Assembly: GCF_023700755.1 (NCBI RefSeq)
Contig: NZ_JAMKOJ010000012.1
Span: 99,492 to 123,491, forward strand
Reading direction: 5' to 3'
Origin: Allorhizobium sonneratiae
Lineage (GTDB): Bacteria > Pseudomonadota > Alphaproteobacteria > Rhizobiales > Rhizobiaceae
DNA: 24,000 nucleotides
In this document: piece by piece, positions 1 through 11,952 of the stretch
How the letters are laid out: each line of letters starts with the position of its first letter
Numbering within the stretch: position 1 is the stretch's first letter
Translations under genes and position numbers: made by a program
The notes under the pieces: model-generated
Database searches by the model: none
Told to the model about the DNA's origin: nothing
Seen by the model: the letters and a program-made list of their open reading frames with translations, nothing else

Positions 1-2405
<2,405 letters not shown>

Positions 2406-2425
2406 TCGAGACAATATTCGCCGTC

Positions 2426-2461
2426 AAAAAAGCCGCGTCCGAAAGAACGCGGCTTTTTTTT
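2426..2461. terminator. Bidirectional rho-independent terminator between convergent gyrB and the nitroreductase gene
   Basis: GC-rich stem 2432-2438 (gccgcgt) pairs with 2447-2453 (acgcggc). It is flanked by an A6 run (2426-2431) and a T8 run (2454-2461). Confidence 0.8.
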
Positions 2462-2497
2462 ATCGGGGAATGGTTAACAATGATTCACGTGAAACAT

Positions 2498-3100
2498 TTA
2501 CGCTTTAAATGTGCCTTCTGACGCAACGTCGGACAGCGGTTTGCGGCTGTTCGGCGTTTCCTTGGCTTGCAGGCCCTCAGGCAGAATAGACTTGTCGCCC
2601 ATCTTGCCGACAGCGATGGCAGCCTCGATCTTGTATTCCGAGGGCACGCCCATAACGGCGGCAGCCTTGTCAAAATCCACACCGGTCATGGCATGCGCAT
2701 GATAGCCGGAATGGATTGCCTGAAGCGCCATATAGCCCCAGGCTGCACCGGCATCGAAACTGTGGCTACGGGAGAGTTTGGGGGCGGAGCCATCGGCAGG
2801 ACGGCTGAGTGTATCGGAAATGACGAAGATCAGCGCCGAGGCATTCTTGGCCCAGCCCTGATTGAATTCGATCAGGGTTCCCAGCAAGGCGTCAAAATGC
2901 TTATCCCCCTTCAGCGCGTAGACGAAACGCCATGGCTGATAGTTGAAAGCGGAGGGGGCCCAGTGACCAGCTTCGATAATGGTCATCAACGTTGCGCGAT
3001 CCATCGCTTCGCCGGTAAAGGCGCGCGGTGACCAGCGATCAAGAAACATCGGGTGAATGGAATGGGTGGCGCTACGATTGTTGCTGTTCGTCATGATCAA
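2498..3100 (-). CDS. Nitroreductase-family (FMN-dependent) oxidoreductase
   Basis: 200-aa ORF. The N-terminal R-S-x-R-x-F type motif (DRWSPRAF) and the AGHWAPSAFNYQPWRF segment are typical of the nitroreductase fold. Stop TAA (reverse complement) at 2498-2500. Confidence 0.8.
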   Translation of the reverse strand: MIMTNSNNRSATHSIHPMFLDRWSPRAFTGEAMDRATLMTIIEAGHWAPSAFNYQPWRFVYALKGDKHFDALLGTLIEFNQGWAKNASALIFVISDTLSRPADGSAPKLSRSHSFDAGAAWGYMALQAIHSGYHAHAMTGVDFDKAAAVMGVPSEYKIEAAIAVGKMGDKSILPEGLQAKETPNSRKPLSDVASEGTFKA

Positions 3101-3583
3101 TCCTGATGTCTGTGTGAAAATTTGACTGGTGTTTCCAGGCTATCGACATAGCACGGCATATTGGAAACGCCAGCGGTGAACAATTCCGTTCTATCTGTTG
3201 CGGTGCAAAAATATGTGTCACAATTGTCTTAACGCCCAAAGTGAGGAGACGTTCCGGATGCGGGCAAGGACCCATGAATTCCAGAGCATCGTTCGACCAA
3301 TAGGCGGTGCCATTTCGATGAAATCAGGCCATGCTGTTATAGATTTGACAGCAAAGCCCCTAAGCTCTTCCGGTCAGTTTTTCTGTCAAGTATGTAGATA
3401 TGCTAATTTTGTTTTTACCACGGTCTTTGCTAGAAAAATTAATGGATTTCATGATCTAATCCGTGTGAGATGAACACAAATACATCGAATACGTTCAATC
3501 GCAGTTGAACTTTGTCTGGCTGTTTCGTTCCCAGGGATGTGAATGCGGCATTTCAGGGGGAGTGGAACAGGAAAGGAACCGAA

Positions 3584-4861
3584 ATGTTCTATCAGCTATA
3601 TGAAATGAACCATGCCGCTCTGGCCCCGTTCCGGATGGTGGCGGATGCCATGCAACTGGCCTTTCGCAACCCTCTCAATCCAATGTCCTACACCATGCTC
3701 GGGCGGACAGTGGCTGCCAGTTCCGAGGTTTTCGAACGCGCCACCCGTCATTACGGCAAGCCTGACTTCGGTCTGAAAACCACGATGGTGAATGGCGAGG
3801 CGGTACGGGTCAGCGAAAATGTCGTCTGGTCCAGACCCTTCTGCAATCTGCTCCATTTCAGCCGCGCGCTGAAATCGCCCCGCCCGGATGATCCGAAAAT
3901 TCTGGTGGTGGCTCCCATGTCGGGGCATTATGCCACGCTGCTGCGCGGCACCGTTGAAGCGCTTCTGCCCCATGCCGATGTCTATATCACGGACTGGATC
4001 GATGCGCGCATGGTGCCGGTCACGGAAGGCCGTTTCGATCTTGACGATTACATCGATTATGTCATCGACATGCTGCATTTCCTTGGTCCACGCACCAATG
4101 TGGTGGGTGTGTGCCAGCCTTCTGTGCCGGTTCTGGCCGCCGTTGCACGGATGGAGGCGGAAGGCGATGCTTCTTCGCCTTCCTCAATGACACTGATGGG
4201 CGGCCCGATCGATACCCGCATCAACCCGACTGCCGTTAACGAACTGGCCAAGACCAAGCCGATCGAATGGTTTGAAGACAATGTCATTATGACGGTTCCC
4301 TGGCCGCTGCCGGGCTTCATGCGCTCGGTCTATCCCGGTTTTCTGCAATTGTCCGGCTTCATGTCGATGAACCTCGACCGTCACATGATTGCCCAGAAGG
4401 ATTTCTTCGTTCATCTGGTGAAGAATGACGGTGAGCCGGCAGAAAAGCATCGTGAATTCTATGACGAATATCTCGCCGTCATGGATCTGACCGCAGAATT
4501 CTATCTGCAGACCGTCAAGACCGTGTTCATGGATCACGCCCTGCCGAAGGGGGAGATGATGCATCGGGACAAGCCCGTCGATCTTTCCGCGATCCGCAAT
4601 ACCGCGCTTTTGACGGTTGAAGGTGAAAACGACGATATTTCCGGCGTCGGCCAGACCAAGGCGGCCCAGACGCTTTGCGTCAATCTGCCGGATGACAAGC
4701 GGATGCATTACATGCAGCCCGATGTCGGTCATTATGGTGTGTTCAACGGTTCACGCTTCCGCCGCGAGATTGCGCCGCGCATCATTGCCTTTGCCAAGGA
4801 GCACTCCAAGGGCGAAAACCGCATTGTGACGCGGGTGATCAAGGGCGGAAAGTCCGCCTGA
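3584..4861 (+). CDS. phaZ: Intracellular polyhydroxybutyrate (PHB) depolymerase
   Basis: The ORF track starts at a TTG at 3512, but the canonical N-terminus MFYQLYEMNHAALAPFR begins at the ATG at 3584, preceded by aggaa. Its length (~425 aa) and overall sequence resemble the intracellular PhaZ family. Confidence 0.85.
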   Translation: MFYQLYEMNHAALAPFRMVADAMQLAFRNPLNPMSYTMLGRTVAASSEVFERATRHYGKPDFGLKTTMVNGEAVRVSENVVWSRPFCNLLHFSRALKSPRPDDPKILVVAPMSGHYATLLRGTVEALLPHADVYITDWIDARMVPVTEGRFDLDDYIDYVIDMLHFLGPRTNVVGVCQPSVPVLAAVARMEAEGDASSPSSMTLMGGPIDTRINPTAVNELAKTKPIEWFEDNVIMTVPWPLPGFMRSVYPGFLQLSGFMSMNLDRHMIAQKDFFVHLVKNDGEPAEKHREFYDEYLAVMDLTAEFYLQTVKTVFMDHALPKGEMMHRDKPVDLSAIRNTALLTVEGENDDISGVGQTKAAQTLCVNLPDDKRMHYMQPDVGHYGVFNGSRFRREIAPRIIAFAKEHSKGENRIVTRVIKGGKSA

Positions 4862-4910
4862 AGGGTGAGCGATTTAGCCATCGCTTTTCAAGTATTTATA
4901 CGATTACACC

Positions 4911-4938
4911 GGGGGCCTTGCTTGAAGGTCCCCTTTTT
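4911..4938 (+). terminator. Rho-independent terminator after phaZ
   Basis: 9-bp stem gggggcctt (4911-4919) pairs with aaggtcccc (4925-4933) with one G.U pair and loop gcttg. A T5 run follows (4934-4938). Confidence 0.75.
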
Positions 4939-5039
4939 CATTCCCATCTCGAAAAGACCGGAAACACAGGGTTTCCGATGAAGGCATCGGAGCAAACCGC
5001 GGCAATCGGTTATGAAAAATCCGCTGCCATAAAACGAGG

Positions 5040-5486
5040 ATGATGGAAATGAACCAGTCAGCCTTGCTGCGTCCGGACTGGACGCCTGCAACCGTTGCCC
5101 TGATGGTGCTGGGCTTTGTCGTGTTCTGGCCGCTTGGCCTGGCCATGCTGGCCTATATTCTCTTCGGTGAGCGCTTCAGGCACTTCAAGCATATGGCCAA
5201 TGAAAAGGCCGATAGCGTGTTCTCCGGATTTCGCACGGGCTGCCATCGCCGTTATGGCGCCTGGTCGGAGACCGGCAATGTCGCCTTTGACGATTGGCGC
5301 GATGCCGAGTTGAAACGGATTGAGGAAGAGCGCCGCAAGCTTGAAGCCATGCGGGAGGATTTCGAAGCCTATGTGCGGGAACTGCGCCGGGCCAAGGATC
5401 AGGAGGAGTTCGACCGTTTCATGCGCCAGCGTGACGCCCGCCGTCAGGGTGAAAACGGCGAGAACGCTTCAGGCTTTGCCGGATAA
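5040..5486 (+). CDS. Small membrane-anchored protein with charged coiled C-terminus (DUF2852-like)
   Basis: One hydrophobic helix (ATVALMVLGFVVFWPLGLAMLAYILF) is followed by TGNVAFDDWR...LRRAKDQEEFDRFM, which I recall as the DUF2852 pattern. Three in-frame ATGs occur at 5040, 5043 and 5049. The one at 5049 has the best spacing to gagg at 5036-5039. Confidence 0.55.
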   Translation: MMEMNQSALLRPDWTPATVALMVLGFVVFWPLGLAMLAYILFGERFRHFKHMANEKADSVFSGFRTGCHRRYGAWSETGNVAFDDWRDAELKRIEEERRKLEAMREDFEAYVRELRRAKDQEEFDRFMRQRDARRQGENGENASGFAG

Positions 5487-5510
5487 GCCAATTTTATGAT
5501 AAGAGAGAAC

Positions 5511-5543
5511 ACGTCGGCATCCTGTATGCCGGCGTTTTTGTTT
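5511..5543 (+). terminator. Rho-independent terminator after the DUF2852-like gene
   Basis: Stem acgtcggcat (5511-5520) pairs with atgccggcgt (5526-5535) with one U.G pair and loop cctgt, followed by tttttgttt. It lies inside the 5' part of ORF 5496-6332, which argues for the later start of the next gene. Confidence 0.75.
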
Positions 5544-5567
5544 GCTCGAAACAGAGAAAAGCAACGG

Positions 5568-6332
5568 ATGCTTCCCGCCTTTCTGCGCACGCCGGTGCGC
5601 CACCTGAAACGCGCCAAAGGCCCTGAGGAGCGTGTGCTGCAGATTGCCGGTCGCGCCATCCCGCTGACGATCCGGGAAAACAGCCGCGCCAGCCGGATCA
5701 CGCTGCGGATCGAACCGGGTGGGCGGGCGCTGAAAATGACGGTGCCGAAGGGATTACGAAAGAGCGAGATCGAGCAGTTTCTTGTCCGTCATCAGGGCTG
5801 GATGGAAACCCGTCTGGCGAAATTTTCCGGCGACAACCGGGTCAAGGCCGGCGGCACCCTTCTGTTTCGTGGCGTACCGCACCGCATCCATCATACGGGG
5901 CAGTTGCGCGGGTTGACCGAAGCAGTGCTCATCGATGACGAGCCGGTGATCAGGGTCAGCGGTCTGGAGGAGCATGTCGGGCGCCGGCTCAGCGCCTTTT
6001 TGAAAAAGGAAGCCCGCAGCGATCTCGAACGCTTGGTGTCCCATCACACGGAACGGCTTGGCAAAAAGCCCGGCAGCATCACCATGAAGGATACCCGCAG
6101 CCGCTGGGGCTCCTGTTCCTGGAACGGAAACCTGAGCTTTTCCTGGCGCATCGTCATGGCTCCGCCTGCGGTGATCGACTATCTCGCCGCACATGAAGTG
6201 GCACATCTCAAGGAAATGAACCATGGTCCGCAATTCTGGGCCCTGTGCGAAAACTTGTGTCCGGGCATGGAGACGGCGAAGGCCTGGCTGAAGCGACATG
6301 GATCGGAACTTCATGCACTGGATTTTGAGTAG
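5568..6332 (+). CDS. YgjP-like / M48-family zinc metallopeptidase (DUF45)
   Basis: The HExxH motif sits in AAHEVAHLKEMNHGPQFWAL, and the SRWGSCS segment is typical of YgjP/DUF45. The start is placed at ATG 5568 (MLPAFLRT...), downstream of the terminator at 5511-5543. Confidence 0.75.
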   Translation: MLPAFLRTPVRHLKRAKGPEERVLQIAGRAIPLTIRENSRASRITLRIEPGGRALKMTVPKGLRKSEIEQFLVRHQGWMETRLAKFSGDNRVKAGGTLLFRGVPHRIHHTGQLRGLTEAVLIDDEPVIRVSGLEEHVGRRLSAFLKKEARSDLERLVSHHTERLGKKPGSITMKDTRSRWGSCSWNGNLSFSWRIVMAPPAVIDYLAAHEVAHLKEMNHGPQFWALCENLCPGMETAKAWLKRHGSELHALDFE

Positions 6333-6419
6333 AGCATAGGGCGAAAAAGTGGGACCCGGTTTTCGGAAAAATGTCATAAATTACTCGACTCAAACCTGAT
6401 TTCATGCGACGTCGCTGCC

Positions 6420-7085
6420 ATGACACCGGATATCAAGATTTGCGGACTGAAGACGGTCGAGGCGGTCGAAAAGGCGGTCAGCCTTGGCGCCAGCCATGTC
6501 GGCTTCATTTTCTTTGAAAAAAGCCCCCGCCATATCGAGCCCGATCTCGCTGGCAGGATTGCCGAGGCGGCAAGGGGCAGGGCAAAAATCGTCGCCGTCA
6601 CGGTGAATGCCGATACCGACGATCTCGATGACATTGTTTATCTGCTGAAGCCCGACATGCTGCAACTGCATGGTCATGAGACGCCGGAGCAGGTGCTGAC
6701 CGTCAAGGCGCTCTATAATCTGCCGGTCATCAAGGCTATGGCCATTCACGAAGCGGCTGATCTTGAGCGTATCGATCCCTATATAGGGATCGTCGACCGG
6801 TTTCTTTTCGAGGCCAAGCCGCCGAAAGGATCGGAATTGCCGGGCGGCAATGGCGTCACCTTCGATTGGACCGTGCTCAGAAATCTTGACGCCGGGGTGA
6901 ATTACATGCTTTCCGGTGGACTGAACAGCGACAATGTCGGACAGGCGCTGGCAGAGACCGGGGCGAGGGGCCTTGATGTGTCCTCCGGCGTCGAAAGTGC
7001 GCCGGGCGTCAAGGATCTTTCCCGCATGGAAGCGTTTTTTGCCGCCGTCAAACAGGCGGTATCGGGACCAAGGAGTAAACAGTGA
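6420..7085 (+). CDS. trpF: N-(5'-phosphoribosyl)anthranilate isomerase
   Basis: Motifs present: [30 protein letters not shown] and [14 protein letters not shown]. The stop TGA at 7083-7085 overlaps the trpB GTG start. Confidence 0.93.
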   Translation: MTPDIKICGLKTVEAVEKAVSLGASHVGFIFFEKSPRHIEPDLAGRIAEAARGRAKIVAVTVNADTDDLDDIVYLLKPDMLQLHGHETPEQVLTVKALYNLPVIKAMAIHEAADLERIDPYIGIVDRFLFEAKPPKGSELPGGNGVTFDWTVLRNLDAGVNYMLSGGLNSDNVGQALAETGARGLDVSSGVESAPGVKDLSRMEAFFAAVKQAVSGPRSKQ

Positions 7086-8302
7086 CCCAGAACCCAACCC
7101 CGAATTCCTTCCGGGCGGGGCCGGATGAAGATGGACGTTTCGGCCTGTTTGGCGGACGTTTTGTCGCCGAAACCCTGATGCCGCTGATCCTCGACCTGCA
7201 GGGCGAGTGGAACAAGGCCAAGACCGATCCGGAATTCAAGGCCGAGCTGGATCATCTCAACACCCATTATACCGGTCGTCCGAGCCCGCTTTATTTCGCC
7301 GAGCGGCTGACGGCGGAACTGGGCGGTGCGAAAATCTATTTCAAGCGCGATGAGCTGAACCACACCGGCTCGCACAAGATCAACAATTGCCTCGGCCAGA
7401 TCCTTCTGGCCAAGCGCATGGGCAAGACCCGCATCATCGCCGAAACCGGTGCCGGTCAGCATGGTGTGGCCTCCGCCACGGTCGCGGCCCGTTTCGGCCT
7501 GCCCTGTATCGTTTATATGGGCGCGACCGATGTCGAGCGTCAGGCGCCGAATGTCTTCCGCATGAAGCTTCTGGGTGCCGAAGTGCGTCCCGTCACCTCC
7601 GGTCATGGCACATTGAAGGACGCCATGAATGAGGCGCTTCGCGACTGGGTAACCAATGTTGACGAAACCTATTACATGATCGGCACGGCGGCAGGCCCGC
7701 ATCCCTATCCAGAAATGGTACGGGAGTTTCAATCGGTGATCGGCAAGGAAGCGCGCGAGCAGATGCTGGCAGCCGAAGGCCGCCTGCCGGATATGCTGGT
7801 GGCGGCAGTGGGCGGTGGCTCCAATGCCATCGGTCTCTTCCATCCCTTCCTTGATGACAAGGGCGTGCGCATTGTCGGCGTTGAGGCAGGCGGCAAGGGG
7901 CTGGACGGCGAAGAGCATTGCGCCTCGTTGACGGCGGGGTCTCCCGGCGTTCTGCATGGCAACCGCACCTATCTGCTTCAGGATGGTGACGGCCAGATCA
8001 AGGAAGGCCACTCGATTTCCGCCGGTCTCGATTATCCGGGCATCGGTCCCGAACATTCCTGGCTGAAGGATATGGGCCGGGTGGAGTATGTGCCGATCAT
8101 GGATCATGAGGCACTGGAGGCTTTCCAGCTTCTCACCCGCACGGAAGGCATCATTCCGGCGCTGGAGCCGAGCCATGCACTGGCGGAAGTGATCAAGCGC
8201 GCACCGAAAATGGGCAAGGACGAGATCATCCTGATGAATCTCTGCGGCCGTGGCGACAAGGACATCTTTACCGTCGGCAAAATTCTGGGAATGGGGCTCT
8301 GA
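7082..8302 (+). CDS. trpB: Tryptophan synthase beta subunit
   Basis: Contains the PLP-lysine motif HTGSHKINN, plus GAGQHGVA and GGGSNAIG. The GTG start forms a GTGA overlap with the trpF stop. Confidence 0.97.
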   Translation: MTQNPTPNSFRAGPDEDGRFGLFGGRFVAETLMPLILDLQGEWNKAKTDPEFKAELDHLNTHYTGRPSPLYFAERLTAELGGAKIYFKRDELNHTGSHKINNCLGQILLAKRMGKTRIIAETGAGQHGVASATVAARFGLPCIVYMGATDVERQAPNVFRMKLLGAEVRPVTSGHGTLKDAMNEALRDWVTNVDETYYMIGTAAGPHPYPEMVREFQSVIGKEAREQMLAAEGRLPDMLVAAVGGGSNAIGLFHPFLDDKGVRIVGVEAGGKGLDGEEHCASLTAGSPGVLHGNRTYLLQDGDGQIKEGHSISAGLDYPGIGPEHSWLKDMGRVEYVPIMDHEALEAFQLLTRTEGIIPALEPSHALAEVIKRAPKMGKDEIILMNLCGRGDKDIFTVGKILGMGL

Positions 8303-8303
8303 C

Positions 8304-9143
8304 ATGACCGCACGTATGGACAAACGCTTTGCGGACCTGAAGGCCGAAGGCCGTCCGGCACTCGTCACCTATTTCATGGGGGGCGATCCGGATTTCGAAA
8401 CCTCGCTGGCGATCATGAAGGCCCTGCCGAAGGCAGGCTCCGATGTGATCGAGCTGGGCATGCCCTTTTCCGATCCGATGGCTGATGGCCCGGCCATTCA
8501 GCTCGCCGGTCAACGCGCGTTGAAAGCGGGCCAGACGCTGGCCAAGACACTGGATCTGGCGCGTAAATTCCGCGAAAGCGATCAGGATACGCCGATCGTG
8601 ATGATGGGATATTACAATCCCATCTATATCTATGGCGTTGAAAAATTCCTCGACGATGCGCTGGAAGCAGGCATTGACGGGCTGATCGTCGTCGATCTGC
8701 CGCCGGAAATGGATGATGAATTGTGCCTGCCGGCGCGCAGCCGCGACATTAATTTCATTCGCCTTGCCACGCCGACCACCGATGACAAGCGTCTGCCGAC
8801 GGTGCTGAAAAACACCTCCGGCTTTGTCTATTACGTGTCGATGAACGGGATTACCGGCTCGGCCTTGCCGGATCCGTCAAAGGTGTCGGCGGCGGTTTCT
8901 CGCATCAAGAGCCGTACGGATCTGCCGGTCTGCGTCGGCTTCGGGGTCAAGACGGCGGAGCATGCCAGGCTGATCGGCGCCAGCGCCGATGGCGTGGTGG
9001 TCGGCACCGCTATCGTTAACCAGGTGTCAATGAGCCTGACGAAAGACGGTCATGCCAGCGCCGATACGGTGGAAGCCGTGGCGACGCTGGTGCGTGGGCT
9101 TGCAGGCGGCGTGCGTGAAGCCCGCCTTGCCGCAGCGCAATAG
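8304..9143 (+). CDS. trpA: Tryptophan synthase alpha subunit
   Basis: Begins [29 protein letters not shown]. The [17 protein letters not shown] motif is present. ATG 8304 lies 1 nt after the trpB stop (8300-8302), so the ORF-track start at 8250 is an upstream in-frame extension. Confidence 0.95.
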   Translation: MTARMDKRFADLKAEGRPALVTYFMGGDPDFETSLAIMKALPKAGSDVIELGMPFSDPMADGPAIQLAGQRALKAGQTLAKTLDLARKFRESDQDTPIVMMGYYNPIYIYGVEKFLDDALEAGIDGLIVVDLPPEMDDELCLPARSRDINFIRLATPTTDDKRLPTVLKNTSGFVYYVSMNGITGSALPDPSKVSAAVSRIKSRTDLPVCVGFGVKTAEHARLIGASADGVVVGTAIVNQVSMSLTKDGHASADTVEAVATLVRGLAGGVREARLAAAQ

Positions 9144-9186
9144 TGCCTCTATCATCCGGCCATTGCAGACCAATGGAGTATTCAAA

Positions 9187-10083
9187 GTGAACTGGATTAC
9201 GAATTACGTTCGCCCGCGCATCAATTCCATGCTCGGCCGCCGCGAAGTCCCGGAAAATCTCTGGATCAAATGCCCGGAAACGGGTGAAATGGTCTTCCAC
9301 AAGGATCTGGAAGAAAACAAGTGGGTCATTCCCGCCTCCGGCTATCATATGAAAATGCCGGCCAAGGCCCGTCTTGCCGATCTTTTCGACAATGGCGACT
9401 ATGAAGCCCTGCCGCAGCCGAAAGTGGCGCAGGACCCGCTGAAATTCCGCGATTCCAAGCGCTATACCGACCGCCTCAAGGACAGCCGCCTCAAGACCGA
9501 GCAGGACGACACGATTGTCGCCGGTCTCGGTACGGTCAAAGGCGTCAAGCTGGTGGCCGTGGTGCATGAGTTCAATTTCATGGGTGGCTCGCTTGGGCTT
9601 GCAGCCGGTGAAGCCATCGTCAAGGCTTTCGAGCGGGCACTGAAGGAAAAATGCCCGCTGGTGATGTTCCCGGCCTCGGGCGGCGCGCGTATGCAGGAAG
9701 GCATTCTGTCGCTGATGCAGCTGCCGCGCACCACCGTTGCCGTCAACATGCTGAAGGAAGCGGGCCTGCCTTATATCGTCGTGCTGACCAACCCGACCAC
9801 GGGCGGCGTCACCGCTTCTTACGCCATGCTGGGCGACCTGCATATTGCCGAACCGGGTGCTGAAATCTGCTTTGCCGGCAAGCGCGTGATTGAACAGACC
9901 ATCCGCGAAAAGCTGCCGGAAGGCTTTCAGACCTCGGAATATCTGCTGGAACACGGCATGGTCGATATGGTCATCAGCCGTCATGAGATCCCCTCCACCT
10001 TGGCGCGGGTGTTGACGATCATGATGAAGCAACCGGCGATCTCGAAAGAAACCGCTCTGGCGCGGGTGCCGGACGCAGCCTGA
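9187..10083 (+). CDS. accD: Acetyl-CoA carboxylase carboxyltransferase beta subunit
   Basis: GTG at 9187 gives the N-terminus (M)[13 protein letters not shown] and is preceded by GGAG at 9175-9178. Carboxyltransferase motifs FMGGSLG and SGGARMQEG are present. The ORF-track start at 9052 overlaps trpA and is unlikely. Confidence 0.93.
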   Translation: MNWITNYVRPRINSMLGRREVPENLWIKCPETGEMVFHKDLEENKWVIPASGYHMKMPAKARLADLFDNGDYEALPQPKVAQDPLKFRDSKRYTDRLKDSRLKTEQDDTIVAGLGTVKGVKLVAVVHEFNFMGGSLGLAAGEAIVKAFERALKEKCPLVMFPASGGARMQEGILSLMQLPRTTVAVNMLKEAGLPYIVVLTNPTTGGVTASYAMLGDLHIAEPGAEICFAGKRVIEQTIREKLPEGFQTSEYLLEHGMVDMVISRHEIPSTLARVLTIMMKQPAISKETALARVPDAA

Positions 10084-10114
10084 GGTTTTTATTCTCTCAC
10101 GCAAGAGACCATGG

Positions 10115-10145
10115 CGTCGCTCCCCTGACAGGGGGCGGCGTTTTT
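10115..10145 (+). terminator. Hairpin plus T5 after accD (possible attenuating or internal terminator before folC)
   Basis: cgtcgc(t)cccc (10115-10125) pairs with gggggcggcg (10131-10140), giving 10 bp with one bulged T and one U.G pair. ttttt follows at 10141-10145. Confidence 0.65.
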
Positions 10146-10176
10146 AACAGAAGCAGACACAGACCCGGAACAGCAG

Positions 10177-11520
10177 ATGCCAGACAGAGCCGCGAGCGAA
10201 GCCGAACAGGTCATCAATGCCTTGATGCGCCTTCATCCCAAAGGGTTCGATCTGGCGCTGGAGCGGATCAAAAGGCTGCTGGACAAGCTGGGCAATCCGC
10301 AGGACCGGCTGCCGCCGGTCATTCATGTGGCGGGCACCAATGGCAAGGGTTCGACCTCGGCCTTTTGCCGGGCGCTGCTGGAGGCGGCGGGGCTTGCCGT
10401 TCATGTTCACACCTCGCCGCATCTGGTCAACTGGCACGAGCGCTACCGCCTCGGCGTCAAGGGCAGAGCGGGCCATCTGGTGCAGGACAAGGTGCTGGCC
10501 GACGCATTGAACCGGGTGGCCGAGGTCAATGACGGTCAGCCGATCACCGTGTTCGAGCTGCTGACAGCGGCGGCCTTTCTCCTCTTTGCTGAACATCCCG
10601 CCGATGCGGTGATCATGGAGGTCGGGCTTGGCGGACGGCTGGACTGCACCAATGTCATCGATAAACCGGCCGTCTCGGTGATCATGCCGATTTCCTTCGA
10701 CCATCAGGCCTATCTCGGCGATACGGTGGAGCTGATCGCGGCGGAAAAGGCAGGCATCATGAAGCGCCATTGCCCGGTGGTGATCGGCCAGCAGGGTTTT
10801 GAGGAGGCGCGTGAGACGCTGATTGAAAAGGCGGAGCGGCTTTCCTGTCCGCTCTTCGTCTTCGGCCAGGATTATATCGCTTTCGAGGAACATGGGCGTC
10901 TTGTCTATCAGGATGAATTCGGCCTGATGGACCTGCCTTTGCCGCGCCTGCCGGGCCGCCACCAATATGCCAATGCCGCCGCCGCCATCCGGGCCGTGCG
11001 CGCCGCAGGTTTCACCGTCACCGAGGCCGTGGCGGAAAAGGCGATGCAGACGGTGGAATGGCCGGGACGGCTACAAAAACTCGTGAATGGCAATCTGATG
11101 ACCTATGCGCCGAATGACGCGGAAATCTGGGTCGATGGCGGCCACAATCCCGGTGCCGGCGAGGTGATCGCCGAGGCCATGGCCGGGTTTGAAGAACGCC
11201 AGCCGCGCCCGCTCTATCTCATCATCGGCATGCTGAACACCAAGGACCCTATTGGCTATTTCAAGGCCTTCGAGGGGCTGGCTGTCATGGCCTTCACCGT
11301 GCCGATCCGCGGCACGGACAATGCGCTGGACCCGGTGGTGCTGGCCAATGCCGCCTATGATGCCGGCGTCACGGCAGAGCCGGTCTCCTCCGTCGCCGAC
11401 GCACTCGCCGCCATCCGTGCCCGCGTCAAAGGTCAGCCCACGCCACCTCGCATTCTGATCGGCGGCTCACTCTATGTCGTCGGAAACGTGCTGGCGGATA
11501 ACGGCACGCCGCCGGTGTGA
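10177..11520 (+). CDS. folC: Bifunctional folylpolyglutamate synthase / dihydrofolate synthase
   Basis: Mur-ligase-type P-loop HVAGTNGKGST, an overall FolC-like sequence, and 447 aa. accD-folC adjacency is a common conserved pairing. Confidence 0.92.
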   Translation: MPDRAASEAEQVINALMRLHPKGFDLALERIKRLLDKLGNPQDRLPPVIHVAGTNGKGSTSAFCRALLEAAGLAVHVHTSPHLVNWHERYRLGVKGRAGHLVQDKVLADALNRVAEVNDGQPITVFELLTAAAFLLFAEHPADAVIMEVGLGGRLDCTNVIDKPAVSVIMPISFDHQAYLGDTVELIAAEKAGIMKRHCPVVIGQQGFEEARETLIEKAERLSCPLFVFGQDYIAFEEHGRLVYQDEFGLMDLPLPRLPGRHQYANAAAAIRAVRAAGFTVTEAVAEKAMQTVEWPGRLQKLVNGNLMTYAPNDAEIWVDGGHNPGAGEVIAEAMAGFEERQPRPLYLIIGMLNTKDPIGYFKAFEGLAVMAFTVPIRGTDNALDPVVLANAAYDAGVTAEPVSSVADALAAIRARVKGQPTPPRILIGGSLYVVGNVLADNGTPPV

Positions 11521-11559
11521 GTTTCTTATCGGGCAGGGATTGTCCGCAGGCGCTTTTAA

Positions 11560-11952
11560 ATGTCCTATAATAAATTAACGCCCCTTCGATTAGGTCCCTT
11601 GCCGATCGATAAGCTAAAAGATTTCGGTATTTTAACCCCGCCGGGAGAGGTCATCTTTACCGTTGCAGCTCAGAAACACGCCATAAAGGGCCATGCTGCC
11701 GAATTCGCCTTGTGTTTGCGCTATATTGAGCGAGCTGTTCAAACGCCAACCTATGTCGGTCAGGCTCCTCAACATAAGAATCTGGGTGTCGAACTGATTT
11801 ATGAGCATGTCGTGGATCGGGTCATTATCCTCGTTGCTGTTCATCTCGAACAGACGCCTGAAGGATTTTACATCGTCAAATCTACCTATCCGATTTCCAA
11901 AGATAAGCTGGAACGTCGGATTCGGAAAAAATTCCTGATGGCAACCCAATAA
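11560..11952 (+). CDS. Hypothetical 130-aa protein; putative stand-alone BECR-fold (PBECR-like) nuclease/toxin domain
   Basis: Clean ATG..TAA ORF in low-GC DNA, followed by a hairpin. The layout is VIFTVAAQKHAIKGHAAEF (H-x4-H), then YIERAVQTPTYVGQ, then beta-rich ILVAVHLEQTPEGFYIVKSTYPIS, then a basic tail. This resembles my recollection of phage/plasmid 'LTDERxxHIxExHP ... PDYI ... vvvv ... T.f' domains. The family call is by eye only. No clear SD, and the start is only 39 nt after the folC stop with no terminator between. Confidence 0.6.
   Translation: MSYNKLTPLRLGPLPIDKLKDFGILTPPGEVIFTVAAQKHAIKGHAAEFALCLRYIERAVQTPTYVGQAPQHKNLGVELIYEHVVDRVIILVAVHLEQTPEGFYIVKSTYPISKDKLERRIRKKFLMATQ

Noticed and set aside
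3198-3473. A 91-aa ORF in the nitroreductase-phaZ intergenic region.
   Set aside because: It has a TTG start with no SD, runs through an AT-rich promoter-like region, has Cys/Arg/Phe-rich odd composition, and contains no recognisable motif.
4868-4889. A second small hairpin right after the phaZ stop (agcgat-ttagcc-atcgct, followed by tttc).
   Set aside because: It has only a 6-bp stem and a 3-T tract. The stronger hairpin at 4911-4938 is the more credible terminator.
4959-5011. Three adjacent hairpins upstream of the DUF2852-like gene: cggaaac/gtttccg at 4959-4977, ccgatg/catcgg at 4975-4990 (mutually exclusive with the first), and aaccg/cggtt at 4995-5011. The arrangement looks like an attenuator or riboswitch.
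   Set aside because: The stems are short (5-7 bp), no T-tract follows any of them, and I recognise no known riboswitch consensus. Structure of this size is expected by chance in GC-rich intergenic DNA.
6902-8368. A 488-aa ORF antisense to trpB, plus similar long antisense or off-frame ORFs (1296-2057, 9016-10104, 10144-10965, 14297-15550, 15554-16471, 16959-18149, 18283-19350, 18939-20186, 22582-23571 and others).
   Set aside because: Each lies opposite or out of frame to a gene with unmistakable conserved motifs (trpB, gyrB, accD, folC, addA, addB, divL). Their translations are Arg/Gly/Ala/His/Pro-rich and low-complexity, as expected from stop-poor alternative frames in high-GC DNA.
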